A stretch of 64,000 nucleotides of DNA from Gaiellales bacterium (GTDB lineage: Bacteria; Actinomycetota; Thermoleophilia; Gaiellales; SKUG01), in assembly GCA_038212015.1 (NCBI GenBank), contig JBBQUY010000003.1, positions 4,237 to 68,236 of the forward strand, read 5' to 3'. The first letter of the stretch is position 1, and each line of letters opens with the position of its first letter. The notes below the pieces were generated by a model. That model made no database searches. It saw nothing but the letters and a program-made list of their open reading frames with translations, and was not told the DNA's origin. Shown here piece after piece: positions 51,990-61,653 of this stretch. The position numbers and the translations under genes are program-made.

Positions 51990-54089
51990 GTGTCGGTACC
52001 CACGACATTGCAGGGAACTCATGATGGATGCGGCGGAGCAGTCGTGTTCCGTCCCGCCACCCATCGTCGCGAGCTGCTCGCCGGACAAGCTGTCCTGCTG
52101 AGCGCTGCGTGCCGCACCTGCGGCGCCACCCTGACCACCGAATGGCGACTTCCCGATGCGATGGTCGAAGCATTCCGGGCACAGGAAGCTACGACGGTGC
52201 ACGCACACGTCGCTGAAACCGAGTCGCTGCCGATGGCCGCCGGAGCCGAGGACTGGCGCTCGGCGGAAGCGCCCCCGCGACGCGAGGTGCCCGTTGCGCC
52301 GCCTGTGGCGAGCCTCGGCGACTGGCGACTGCGCACCGCGCGACGACCCGCATTCGACCCGCACACCCCCGTCGGCTACGACGAGCCGTCGCTCCAGCCC
52401 GGTTTCACGTCCGAACCTGCTCCCGCCATGGACCCGGCGATGGACGCGTACATGACGCAGTTCTCATCGAAGGTCGAATCCGCCCGCGAGAGCCTGCGTC
52501 GCGCCAGTTCCGGCCTGCCGTCGACGCTCGATGGCTCCGACTCCGGTTTTCGCGCTCCGAACCTGTCCCGGCGCCCCGACCTGGGGGCCTCGACGCTCTC
52601 GCGAACACCGTCGACGCTGCGCCCTGCGGCACCTGAAGCGCCAGCCGCCGCCGAACCTGCCGCCCAGGCCATCGAAGCCGCGATCGCATCACCAACCTTT
52701 GCCGACGACGTCGTGGCGCCGCTCACTGCTCCTGCAGGCATCGCCGTGGTCGAACAGCCCGAGCCGGCAGTTCAGCCCGAGCCGGTGGCGCAGCCCGAGC
52801 CGGTCGTGCAGCCCGAGTACGTCGAGCCTGCGCCGCAGCCCGAAGCTGTCGCACCCGCCGCCCCCGAGTTCGTCGAAGCACCCGTGCCAGCTGCCCCGAC
52901 ACCCGAGCCGGCCCCGGCGGTCGCCGCCCCCGCGCCGGCTGCCCCCGCCGCCCCCGCGCCGGAGATCGCACCCACCGACGCGGACGTGTTCCCGCCCCTC
53001 GAGCCGCCCGCGCCACTCGCCGCAGCCCCCGAAGCGGCTGCAGCACCCGCCGCGGATGCCGCTGCTGGCGTGTGGACCGAACTGCCCGTTTCTGCACCCG
53101 CCGCTCCGGCCCTGGCCGCTCCGCCAGCTCCGGCTGCCGTGCCCGCCTCGTTTGCGCCTCCCGCGCCAGCCCCGCTGGCTGCCGCGCCCGCGGCCTCGGC
53201 ATCACCGGACGCCCCTCAGGCCGAGCCAGAGGCCCCTGCAAGCTTCGCCGACGCCTTCGGTGAGGCGACCGTCGCCGCACCCCAGCTCGTCGAGCCTGCA
53301 CTGAGCGCCCTTGCTGGTGGTGCCCCTGCCGCAGCTCCGGCACCCGCCGCCGCTCCCGCAGTCGCAGTCGCCGCTGCCCCCGCGATGCCCGCGGCGCCAG
53401 CCGAGCCCGACGCTTCCGTCGCGTTCGAGCCCGATCGTGGCTTCGATTGGGGCAGCGAGGATCCGAACGCGCCCGCCACCAGGAAGCGCGGCCTGCGTCT
53501 GGGACGAAAGGCCAGGACCGCCACGCCGGTCGATCCAGCCGCGGGCCCGGAAGTCGTGTTCGAGCCGGCGCCCGACGCCGACCTCGCCGGTACGCGATCA
53601 CGATCGCTGATCGGCCTGCCCGCCGTCGTGCTGGTCGTGCTGCTCGCCGCGATCGGCGGATTCGCCGCCAAGGAAGTCTTCACCACCGACACGGCGGCCC
53701 TCCAGCAGCAGAGCGCCGCGCTGCTGACCGATACCACCACCGAGATTCCCCCGGCCGACAGCGTGGTCCCGCCCGCCGACCCCGCCGCTGCCCCGAAGAC
53801 CGCGGCCCCCAAGGCCGGCGCCGCCAAGGGCACCACCAAGCAGGCCGCCACCACGGCCAAGACCCCGCCCGCCACCGCGACCACTACGACCCCCACGACA
53901 CCTCCCGGCAACGCCGTCGCCGACACCGGCGGCGCACTCGCCGATGCCGCGGCGGGTGCGGGAACCACCGCTCCCGCGGCTGCGTCCAACGCTGCAACCG
54001 CTCAGGTTCCCGCCGACGCTGCCGATACGGCTGTCGTGACGGCGTCGGCTGCCCAGTCCTCGTCCAACCCGTTCGCCCGTCCGCAGTGA
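51990..54089 (+). CDS. large Pro/Ala-rich bitopic membrane protein with N-terminal Zn-ribbon-like motif
   Basis: AAGGAG SD; HDGC..CRTC; long low-complexity region; single TM near residue 545. Confidence 0.75.
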   Translation: MSVPTTLQGTHDGCGGAVVFRPATHRRELLAGQAVLLSAACRTCGATLTTEWRLPDAMVEAFRAQEATTVHAHVAETESLPMAAGAEDWRSAEAPPRREVPVAPPVASLGDWRLRTARRPAFDPHTPVGYDEPSLQPGFTSEPAPAMDPAMDAYMTQFSSKVESARESLRRASSGLPSTLDGSDSGFRAPNLSRRPDLGASTLSRTPSTLRPAAPEAPAAAEPAAQAIEAAIASPTFADDVVAPLTAPAGIAVVEQPEPAVQPEPVAQPEPVVQPEYVEPAPQPEAVAPAAPEFVEAPVPAAPTPEPAPAVAAPAPAAPAAPAPEIAPTDADVFPPLEPPAPLAAAPEAAAAPAADAAAGVWTELPVSAPAAPALAAPPAPAAVPASFAPPAPAPLAAAPAASASPDAPQAEPEAPASFADAFGEATVAAPQLVEPALSALAGGAPAAAPAPAAAPAVAVAAAPAMPAAPAEPDASVAFEPDRGFDWGSEDPNAPATRKRGLRLGRKARTATPVDPAAGPEVVFEPAPDADLAGTRSRSLIGLPAVVLVVLLAAIGGFAAKEVFTTDTAALQQQSAALLTDTTTEIPPADSVVPPADPAAAPKTAAPKAGAAKGTTKQAATTAKTPPATATTTTPTTPPGNAVADTGGALADAAAGAGTTAPAAASNAATAQVPADAADTAVVTASAAQSSSNPFARPQ

Positions 54090-54343
54090 GGAATCCCATG
54101 TCCCACGAAACCGACCCGAAGCGAGGCCCATGGTCAGCGGCTGAAGCCGCTGCTATGGTGGGTGCAGACCCGGCCCAGCGAGCGGCGCAAACCGTCGAAG
54201 GGCCAACACTTCACGATCGGGAGATCGGGTTCGGCCGCGGCCTTGCTTCGTCCGACAGGTCACCCACCTGCAATTGCAGGTCCTCACGAGCGTCTGCACG
54301 TTCGTTCGGGCCGGGTCGACTTTCCACACGCCTTGGAGCACGC

Positions 54344-55102
54344 ATGCTCGGCGTCGTGGCACTCGCGCTCGTCGCCGCCGGTTGTGGCGGCAGCCCCGAC
54401 GCACTGCTCAACACGCCGACCGAGAACGCCATCGGCACGCCCGCACCCGCCGATACGACACCGCTCGTCGCCAACGAAGAGCAGCCCGGCGTCAACGAGA
54501 TCGGCTCCGCGGACGCCAAGGTCGGTGCCCCGGTCAAGGTGTCCGCGATCACCCCCAAGAAGTTCGCCAAGGCGCACTGCTCCAAGCCGATCATGGTCGT
54601 CTTCTACCAGCCCGAGTCGATCCTCGATTCGAACCTGTTCGGCCAGGCCAAGGCCGCGACCAGGGGCGTCGATGACGTCGTGACGCTCGTCTACACGCCC
54701 CGCGACGTGAAGACGTTCGGTGACCTGCCGGCCAAGCTCGGCCTGCTCACCACGCCCGGAATCGCCACCATCGGCCGCGACGGCACGATCGAGAACTTCT
54801 GGACGACGTACGTCGACAGCGCGCTCATCAAGCGCTCGCTCCAGAACGCCGAACGATCCAAGCCGTGCAAGGTGAGCAACGACGACGTGCCTGCCGCAGG
54901 TTCCGCACTCGTGGATGCGACGACCGTCGCCAACGGCGGCACCGTCGCCAACACGACCGCTGATCCGCTCGCCGGTTCGCCGCCGAACACCCCGGCCGTC
55001 GACGCCGCCCCATCCTGCACCGACGCCTCAGTCGGCACGGGTGTCTGCACCGGCACCAGCGCCAGTACTGATCCGCTCGGTGGAATCACGCCCGGCGTCT
55101 GA
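54344..55102 (+). CDS. lipoprotein with thioredoxin-like fold lacking CxxC
   Basis: Lipobox AAGC; KPIMVVFY..LGLLTTP..IGRDGTI; start uncertain (alternative ATG 54098). Confidence 0.65.
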   Translation: MLGVVALALVAAGCGGSPDALLNTPTENAIGTPAPADTTPLVANEEQPGVNEIGSADAKVGAPVKVSAITPKKFAKAHCSKPIMVVFYQPESILDSNLFGQAKAATRGVDDVVTLVYTPRDVKTFGDLPAKLGLLTTPGIATIGRDGTIENFWTTYVDSALIKRSLQNAERSKPCKVSNDDVPAAGSALVDATTVANGGTVANTTADPLAGSPPNTPAVDAAPSCTDASVGTGVCTGTSASTDPLGGITPGV

Positions 55103-55152
55103 ACCGACGCTGACGCGACGCCTGCTCCGCACGTTCGCGTGTACGCTGTCGC

Positions 55153-56706
55153 GTGATGCGCAGCGTCCGACAGCACCTCGACGACCCCAGCCTGGGGGAC
55201 GGCTTCATGGCTCCCGGCGACGCTGCGGCTGACGGCTGCGCCGGCGGCTCCTGCGGCGTGCTCGCGCACTACCTGCTCGACGTCGACGCCAACGGCGTGA
55301 TCGTCGACTGCTCCGCGCGCGTCCGCGGCCGTGCATCAGCCTTCGCGACCGCCAGCGCGCTGTGCGAGGCAGCTCGCGGTCGCACCGTCGTCGACGCCGC
55401 CCGCCTCGGCCTCAGCACGCTCCATCCCAGCTTCGCCGACTTCGATGACGAAGACCGCGAACGCGCACTCGTCGCCGAAGACGGCTTCCACCACGCACTC
55501 GGCCGTTGGCTGCTCACCCGCATGCAGGCCGCGCCCGACGGCACCGGCGCGCTGCGCCCGCAGATCCCGCCTGCGATCACCGACACCTCCGAGCGACCGA
55601 ACGTCGTCGTCGGCATGAGCGGTGGCGTCGACTCCGCCGTCGCGCTGCATCGCCTGCTCGACGCCCACGACGGTCGCGTGATCGGTGCCACCCTGCGCCT
55701 GTGGATCGACCCGCGCGCGCCAGACCCCGAAGCGGCCTGCTGCAGCCCCGACTCCGTGCGCCGCGCCCGCGAGACGTGCCACGCAGCCGGCGCGCCCCAC
55801 CTGTCGATCGACTTGCGCGAATCCTTTGCCCGCGCGGTCGTCGTGCCGTTCGTGACCGATTATGCCAACGGCAGCACCCCGAACCCGTGCGTGCGCTGCA
55901 ACGGGCGCTTCCGCCTCGACGAGCTCGTCCGCCTGGCAGACGTCGTCGGCGCGCAGCGCGTCGCCACCGGCCACTACGCACGCACCGTGACCCGCCACGG
56001 CACCACCCTGCTCGCGCGCGGTGACGACTCCACCAAGGACCAGTCGTACATGCTCGCCCAGGTCGAGCCCGCCACCGCCGCACGACTGGAGTTCCCGCTC
56101 GCGCACGAGCACAAGGTCCGCGTGCGCGCCGAAGCCGCCGGCCTCGGGCTCGAGCAGGCGACGACGGCCGAGAGCCAGGAAGTCTGTTTCCTCGGCGGCG
56201 GCGACTACCGCCAGTTCCTGTCGCGCGCGGGTGCGATGGGAACGCCCGGCGAGATCGTCGTCGAGCGCGATGGAGTCGACGAGGTCGTCGGCACCCACGA
56301 CGGCGTCGCACGCTTCACGCCCGGCCAGCGCAAGGGCATCGGCATCGCCGCGCCCCACCCGCTGTACGTGCTCGACGTCGACCCGAAGTCGGGCCGCGTG
56401 CTCGTCGGTCCGGAGGATGGTTCCCTGGCGCGCACGCGCGTACGCGTGGACGACCTCGTCTGGCACGACCCGATCCCGCCTGAGCGCGTGCACGTGCAGC
56501 TGCGCTATCGAGCCCGCGACGGCGCCGCTCCCGCACGCGTGCTCGACCTCGCAGGCGACGGCACCGCGACGCTCGAATTCGAGGGTTCTCAGCGCGCACC
56601 GGCACCCGGCCAGGCCGCCGTGCTCTACGACGATGACGGTGTCGTGCTCGGAGTCGCACGTATCGTGCGCGATCCTGATGTGGCGCGCGCCCGATCCGGG
56701 CGCTAG
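55153..56706 (+). CDS. mnmA: tRNA 2-thiouridine synthase MnmA with N-terminal IscU/NifU-like domain
   Basis: GMSGGVDS, CC, PNPCVRCN, ATGHYA, KDQSY, ESQEVCF, TPGQRKG, PGQAAVLY. Confidence 0.93.
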   Translation: MMRSVRQHLDDPSLGDGFMAPGDAAADGCAGGSCGVLAHYLLDVDANGVIVDCSARVRGRASAFATASALCEAARGRTVVDAARLGLSTLHPSFADFDDEDRERALVAEDGFHHALGRWLLTRMQAAPDGTGALRPQIPPAITDTSERPNVVVGMSGGVDSAVALHRLLDAHDGRVIGATLRLWIDPRAPDPEAACCSPDSVRRARETCHAAGAPHLSIDLRESFARAVVVPFVTDYANGSTPNPCVRCNGRFRLDELVRLADVVGAQRVATGHYARTVTRHGTTLLARGDDSTKDQSYMLAQVEPATAARLEFPLAHEHKVRVRAEAAGLGLEQATTAESQEVCFLGGGDYRQFLSRAGAMGTPGEIVVERDGVDEVVGTHDGVARFTPGQRKGIGIAAPHPLYVLDVDPKSGRVLVGPEDGSLARTRVRVDDLVWHDPIPPERVHVQLRYRARDGAAPARVLDLAGDGTATLEFEGSQRAPAPGQAAVLYDDDGVVLGVARIVRDPDVARARSGR

Positions 56707-56742
56707 GCTGGCCCGAACCACGGCGTGTCGAGGGAGGCCACG

Positions 56743-57192
56743 GTGGACGGGGAAACCGCGAAGGCGATCATGTGGCTCGGCCTTGCGCTGCTGTTCGCGC
56801 TCGCGGGCATCGGCACCGGCTACGTGCTTTGGCGCGTCGGTCGACTGCTGCGCCGCACCGAGCATGACCTGCATCGTACGGTCGACGAGGTCGTGCCGAT
56901 CATGGCCAAGGCCGGCGTGAGCATGGATCGAGTCAACGACCAGCTCGGCAAGGTCGACCTGATGATGGACAGTGCCGTCGACATGGCCGACGCGCTCGAT
57001 TCCACCGTCCGCGCCGTCTCCCACGCCGTCACCGAGCCGGTACGCGCAGTCTCCTCGACGTTCGCTGGAGCCGCCGAAGCCGCTCGCAGCTTCCGCGATC
57101 GCGTCGGCGACGACGAACGCTTCGACGATGCACCCAGCGCCGATGAGGACGCCGACGACCGTGCACCCGAACCGGCGGGAAGTGCCTCGTGA
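56743..57192 (+). CDS. DUF948/YoxC-like membrane-anchored protein
   Basis: N-terminal TM followed by an amphipathic coiled coil; GGAGG SD before GTG. Confidence 0.7.
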   Translation: MDGETAKAIMWLGLALLFALAGIGTGYVLWRVGRLLRRTEHDLHRTVDEVVPIMAKAGVSMDRVNDQLGKVDLMMDSAVDMADALDSTVRAVSHAVTEPVRAVSSTFAGAAEAARSFRDRVGDDERFDDAPSADEDADDRAPEPAGSAS

Positions 57193-57461
57193 GCGTCGTG
57201 CGCGGGATCGTCGGAGCAGCACTGGGCGCAGCCACGGCTGGCATCGCGATGCGGGTTCGTTCCGTCGCCAAGGAACGCGACCAGTCGCTCCTGGACGTAG
57301 CCGGCGACCTGCCTGGAATCCTCGCCGAGGACGCCACGCGGATCGCCGACGCAGCCCGTCATGCGCTGGAAGACGGGCGCGAAGCGTCACGGACTGCCAG
57401 AATCGACTTCGACGAGCAGGTTGCCAGCCGTTCTCGTCGAACGAAGGGGAACGATGTCTGA
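57189..57461 (+). CDS. YtxH-like small protein
   Basis: GIVGAALGAATAG N-terminus; translationally coupled to both neighbours. Confidence 0.6.
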   Translation: MSVVRGIVGAALGAATAGIAMRVRSVAKERDQSLLDVAGDLPGILAEDATRIADAARHALEDGREASRTARIDFDEQVASRSRRTKGNDV

Positions 57462-57867
57462 CACTGTTGCTTTGAGCTTTCCGCGCGATTCGCGCTACTA
57501 CGCCGTCGCTCGACTGGTGGTGGGCGGCATGGCCGCGCCACTGCAGATGAGCTACGACGCACTCGACGACCTGCAGCTCGCCATCTCGAGCCTGCTCGAC
57601 CATGAGGAGCTCGCCACGCAGGGCGCCACGGTCGACGGCCTCGGCGACGTGCAGCTGCGACTCGAGGTCGACGAGCACCAGCTCGTGGCCGGACTCGGGG
57701 CGTTCGCGACGGGCAGCCTCGACCGCGCGTTCCAGCGCTCTGCCGAGCAGGGTGGCGAGATGGGCCTGCAGCGCCTGCTCGACACGATCGTCGACGACGT
57801 CAGCGTCGGGGCCGAGGATGATGGCGAGTGGGTCACGCTCACCAAGCGCGTGAAGGCGCTCGCATGA
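57454..57867 (+). CDS. anti-sigma factor (RsbW-like, degenerate)
   Basis: VARLVVGGMA..YDALDDLQLAIS..MGL..L..IVDDV..VTLTK; directly upstream of a SigB/F gene. Confidence 0.75.
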   Translation: MSDTVALSFPRDSRYYAVARLVVGGMAAPLQMSYDALDDLQLAISSLLDHEELATQGATVDGLGDVQLRLEVDEHQLVAGLGAFATGSLDRAFQRSAEQGGEMGLQRLLDTIVDDVSVGAEDDGEWVTLTKRVKALA

Positions 57868-58712
57868 ATCGTCGTCCCGAGGACATCATCGTCACGGCGG
57901 GTCTCGACCCTGCGATCCAGCAGGACATCGAGGAGAACCTCAACGAGCCGGTTCGTCGTCCCACGGCCGACGACAAGGTCGACCACCAGCTGCTGTACGC
58001 CTATCACCACGACGGCAGCATGAAGGCGCGCGAGCAGCTCATCGAGCTGTACCTGCCGCTCGTGCGCTCGCTCGCGCGCCGCTACTCCTACCGCGGCGAG
58101 CAGCTCGAGGACCTCGTCCAGGTGGGCTGCATCGGTCTCATCAAGGCGATCGACCGCTTCGACATCGAGCGTGGCGTGGAGCTCACGACCTACGCCACGC
58201 CGAACATCATCGGCGAGATCAAGCGCCATTTCCGCGACAAGGGCTGGGCCGTGCGCGTGCCGCGCGGCTTGCAGGAGCTCAACGTCCGCCTGAGCAAGCT
58301 CATCGAGGAACTGACCGTCCAGCTCGAGCGCTCGCCGACGATCGCCGAGCTCGCCAAGGCATCGGGCGCGACCGAGGAAGAAGTCCTCGAAGCGCTCGAG
58401 ACCGGCCAGGCCTACTCGAGCGTGTCGCTCTCTTCCGGCCCGTCAGGTGGCGACGACGATGGTGATCTCGATCCGCTCGAGTCGCTCGGCTCGATCGAGG
58501 AGAACTACGCGATCACCGAGGACCGTGCCGTGCTCGCTCCGGGCTTCGCCGCGCTCGACGATCGCGAACGATTCATCCTGCACCTGCGCTTCTTCGAGGG
58601 CCTCACGCAGTCGCAGATCGCCTCGCGCGTCGGCATCTCCCAGATGCACGTGTCGCGCCTGATCCGCCGCTCGCTCCAGAAGATCAAGGACGAGATCGGC
58701 ACTGCTGAGTAA
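57864..58712 (+). CDS. SigB/SigF/SigG family RNA polymerase sigma factor
   Basis: EDLVQVGCIGLIKAIDRFD, GEIKRHFRDKGWAVRVPR, TQSQIA..GISQMHVSRL. Confidence 0.95.
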   Translation: MNRRPEDIIVTAGLDPAIQQDIEENLNEPVRRPTADDKVDHQLLYAYHHDGSMKAREQLIELYLPLVRSLARRYSYRGEQLEDLVQVGCIGLIKAIDRFDIERGVELTTYATPNIIGEIKRHFRDKGWAVRVPRGLQELNVRLSKLIEELTVQLERSPTIAELAKASGATEEEVLEALETGQAYSSVSLSSGPSGGDDDGDLDPLESLGSIEENYAITEDRAVLAPGFAALDDRERFILHLRFFEGLTQSQIASRVGISQMHVSRLIRRSLQKIKDEIGTAE

Positions 58713-59598
58713 GGACCGATCGGACGTGTTCGACGCACCCGGATGGGTCGACGATCGGCAGCTCGTGCCCGGCATCTGGCACGAGCTCGAACCGAATCAT
58801 TGACGACCGTTGCGCCCACGCGTTCATCAGCTCCTGATCGATCACTCGATCCTGTGCGCCGGCGACGAGGTGGATGGGGATCTCGGCGTCGATGAGCGGG
58901 CCCATCGCGGACTGCCACGGCGTGTCCAGGATGATGCTGTGCATCGCCCCGATGTAGGACCACCACGAATGCTCCATGGCGCCTTCGAGCACGGGGATCG
59001 GCATGGTCGGGCGAACGGCGCGGTAGACCGGGCGTGCCAGGCGCGGTCGAGGGCACAGCAGCCGGCAGGTGATCTGCGCCAGCGGCGTGTCGAGCCCGGT
59101 GAGGGCGTTCACGCGACCCATCGCACGGACATGGTCGCGGGCCGACTGCGCGGATCGATGCAGGGGCGCGCCCCAGGTCACGATCCCTCCGACGCGATCC
59201 GCATGACGCGATGCCAGGCACACGCCGAGTGCCCCGCCAAGGGAATGTCCTGCGATGAAGAGTGGTCCTGATCCACGACCGACGACGTCGAGCAGGTCGT
59301 CGAGCGCGTGCAGGTGGTCGTCGAGCGTGAACTCCCGGCGACCGCGATCCAGCGAGGCTCCGAAACCGAGGAGGTCCGGGATCACGACGGTGCCGCACGA
59401 GGCGAGCGCATCCCATGTCGCGTCGAACTGCGCCTGCGTGCTGGCGATGCCGTGGAGCAGCAGGATCGTCACGTCGGATGAGTCGTCGATCGATTCGATG
59501 ACGCGTCCGGCGAGCAGTTCCCCACGACGGATCGATCCGCGCCCGGGCTGCCACGCGATGCGCTTCGGCCGAGCGATGGTCATGCGGGAACGAGGCAT
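58684..59598 (-). CDS. alpha/beta fold hydrolase
   Basis: LLLHG, PDLLGFGAS, AGHSLGG, GAQD, AGH. Confidence 0.85.
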   Translation of the reverse strand: MPRSRMTIARPKRIAWQPGRGSIRRGELLAGRVIESIDDSSDVTILLLHGIASTQAQFDATWDALASCGTVVIPDLLGFGASLDRGRREFTLDDHLHALDDLLDVVGRGSGPLFIAGHSLGGALGVCLASRHADRVGGIVTWGAPLHRSAQSARDHVRAMGRVNALTGLDTPLAQITCRLLCPRPRLARPVYRAVRPTMPIPVLEGAMEHSWWSYIGAMHSIILDTPWQSAMGPLIDAEIPIHLVAGAQDRVIDQELMNAWAQRSSMIRFELVPDAGHELPIVDPSGCVEHVRSVLTQQCRSRP

Positions 59599-59678
59599 CG
59601 GTGCAGGATAGCTGTGTACGAGGACTGCTGGTTGCCGGTGTCGTGACTGGGGATCGTTCCCCGTGGGAAGGCCCCCGT

Positions 59679-60689
59679 ATGCTCTGTCGTACCCGAAACG
59701 CCTCGCTGCTCGCCGTGTTCGTCGTGGGCGCGTGCCTGCCCTCGACCGCATCGGCCGCGCTCGACGTCACGCGCAACCCCACGACCGGCGGCTTCAATGT
59801 CACCGCCAACGGCGACGTCACCGAGCACGTGACGATCGATCGATCGGCCGACGGATCGCTGCGGATCGCCGACACCACCGCGCCCGTCACGTCATCCGAC
59901 GCCGTGTGCGCTGCAGACGCGTCGACCGGGACCGTCGCGTGTGCGACCTCTTCCGGAATGTCGGTCACTGTCGCGCTCGGCGGTGGCGCGGACACGTTCG
60001 ATGCTCGCGCCGCGACCGGCATCGCCCTGCGCGTCGACGGAGGAGCCGGTGCCGATCGGCTGCGCCTGGGCTCCAGCGGCATGACGGTCGCCACCGGCAC
60101 GGATCGGCTCGACACGTACGACCTGTCCCATGCCGACTCGAGCGTTCGCGTGCGCTATGAGACGCGTGCCCGCCGGGTCGTTGCGCGATGCGGGGGCTGC
60201 ACGGGCGCGTGGGCCGTCGCGCTGCCCCTGAATCCCAAGGCGGTACTGCTCGGCACCGGCGACGACGACATCGACCTGCGTGCATGGGCGACCCGCGGCC
60301 TGACGAGCTGGATCACCGGCGCCGGGCGCGACCGCGCGATCGGGTCGAAGTACCGCCGCTCCGTGTTCAACACGGGAGCCGACGCCGACGTGCTGGTCAG
60401 CTGGGGGCCCGCCGACCGTCTCCTCGGTGGCGCCGGCGCGGACAAGCTCGCCGACCTCGGTGGCTCCGGCGACTTCCTTGACGGCGGTCCCGATACCGAC
60501 GTGATGGCGTCCCTCGATGGCGGCCGCGACACGATGCGTGGGGGCTCCGGCCGCGACATGTGCCCGTCGCTGCGCGCGGGGATGTCCACGTGCGACTCGA
60601 GCGGTCGCGTCAGCGGCTTCGAGATGAACCTGTACCTGCCGGTCCCGTCGCAGCAGTCGGTGCTGCGCGTCGTCGGCATCTTCCTCTGA
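59679..60689 (+). CDS. secreted protein with RTX-like Ca-binding GGxGxD repeats
   Basis: Signal peptide ending ASA; GGAGADRL, GGAGADKL, GGPDTD, GGSGRD. Confidence 0.8.
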   Translation: MLCRTRNASLLAVFVVGACLPSTASAALDVTRNPTTGGFNVTANGDVTEHVTIDRSADGSLRIADTTAPVTSSDAVCAADASTGTVACATSSGMSVTVALGGGADTFDARAATGIALRVDGGAGADRLRLGSSGMTVATGTDRLDTYDLSHADSSVRVRYETRARRVVARCGGCTGAWAVALPLNPKAVLLGTGDDDIDLRAWATRGLTSWITGAGRDRAIGSKYRRSVFNTGADADVLVSWGPADRLLGGAGADKLADLGGSGDFLDGGPDTDVMASLDGGRDTMRGGSGRDMCPSLRAGMSTCDSSGRVSGFEMNLYLPVPSQQSVLRVVGIFL

Positions 60690-60698
60690 CGCGAGACC

Positions 60699-61376
60699 TC
60701 AGCGGGAGACGAGTGCACCCGCGTACATGCCCTGCACTGCGCGGATCGCGCCGTGCGCGGCGTCGAACGTGGCCGGACCGGCCTCGGGGAACTCGTCGAG
60801 CAGCGCGACGATCGCCGCGCGAAGTGCGCGGGCATGGGACTCGGACTGGAAGCCCACGACCTCGAAGAACTGCACGCCGGGTCCGGAGGTCAGGTCGTAG
60901 TGCTCGGCAAGCGCGAGCTGCATCGTGCGGGTCGACCTGGGCAGTCGCGTGATCCATGCGTACAGCGCCGCGAGGCCCTGCGCACAGCCGCTCTGGCACA
61001 GGTACTCGAAGTCATCCAGGCACACCGACGTCGCGACGTTCGGTTCGGACTTGCGCACCGTGTCGCTGAACAGGCCAAGCGCCGCGCACGTCTGCAGCCA
61101 CAGGTCGGCGATGCTCGGCGGATTCAGCTCCATCGGCACGAGCATGTTGAGCAGCGATCGACGAATTGCGGGATGGTTGCGCGTGACCGAGTGCACGGTG
61201 CTCACGAATCGGGGGAGGGCGTCGACGAGCTGGAAGTACTGCGCAGCGAATGCACGGACCTCGTCGCGGCTCAGCTCGCCTGCCGACATCGCCTGCAGCA
61301 GCGGCGTGTGCGCCGGATCGTTTGCCGCGCGCATCTCGTCGATCTGCTCAAGCACGGAAGCACTGGTGGTCGTCAT
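60699..61376 (-). CDS. heme-oxygenase-like (CADD/PqqC/TenA) protein with degenerate metal site
   Basis: PLLQAM.AGEL..FAAQYF..LPRFVS, LW..C.ALG, GLAALYA, L.EHY, FF..H pattern. Confidence 0.7.
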   Translation of the reverse strand: MTTTSASVLEQIDEMRAANDPAHTPLLQAMSAGELSRDEVRAFAAQYFQLVDALPRFVSTVHSVTRNHPAIRRSLLNMLVPMELNPPSIADLWLQTCAALGLFSDTVRKSEPNVATSVCLDDFEYLCQSGCAQGLAALYAWITRLPRSTRTMQLALAEHYDLTSGPGVQFFEVVGFQSESHARALRAAIVALLDEFPEAGPATFDAAHGAIRAVQGMYAGALVSR

Positions 61377-61653
61377 CCTGGCCACGTCTCCTCGTTCGGC
61401 CGACGTCCTGTCGGCGGTAACCCACACTCACCATCTCCGGGTCCCAACCCGGGGAAGGCGAGATGGTAGCACGCAGCTACCGCCGCGGCGGTGGGTTCGA
61501 ACGGACTCGGCCGACTCGGGCCGCTCGCGCGCGCAGGTAGTATTCGCCCATGACGAATCGACGAAGTGAGCGACCGAGCTCCGCTCGGGTGCCCGTAGGG
61601 CTCATGGCCGAACGAGGAGCATTCGCACGACGCGCTCCCGAAGGGAGCGTTTC

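Noticed and set aside
57864-58712. This sigma factor as the reader of the sigma-28-like motifs
   Set aside because: It is SigB/SigF-type, whose known promoters (GTTT-N-GGGTA) do not match the CCGAT box
61430-61653. T-box riboswitch upstream of alaS (also checked hisS and aspS)
   Set aside because: Hairpins are present but no T-box consensus (GGTGGnACCGCG) or stem I was found; hisS and aspS look leaderless
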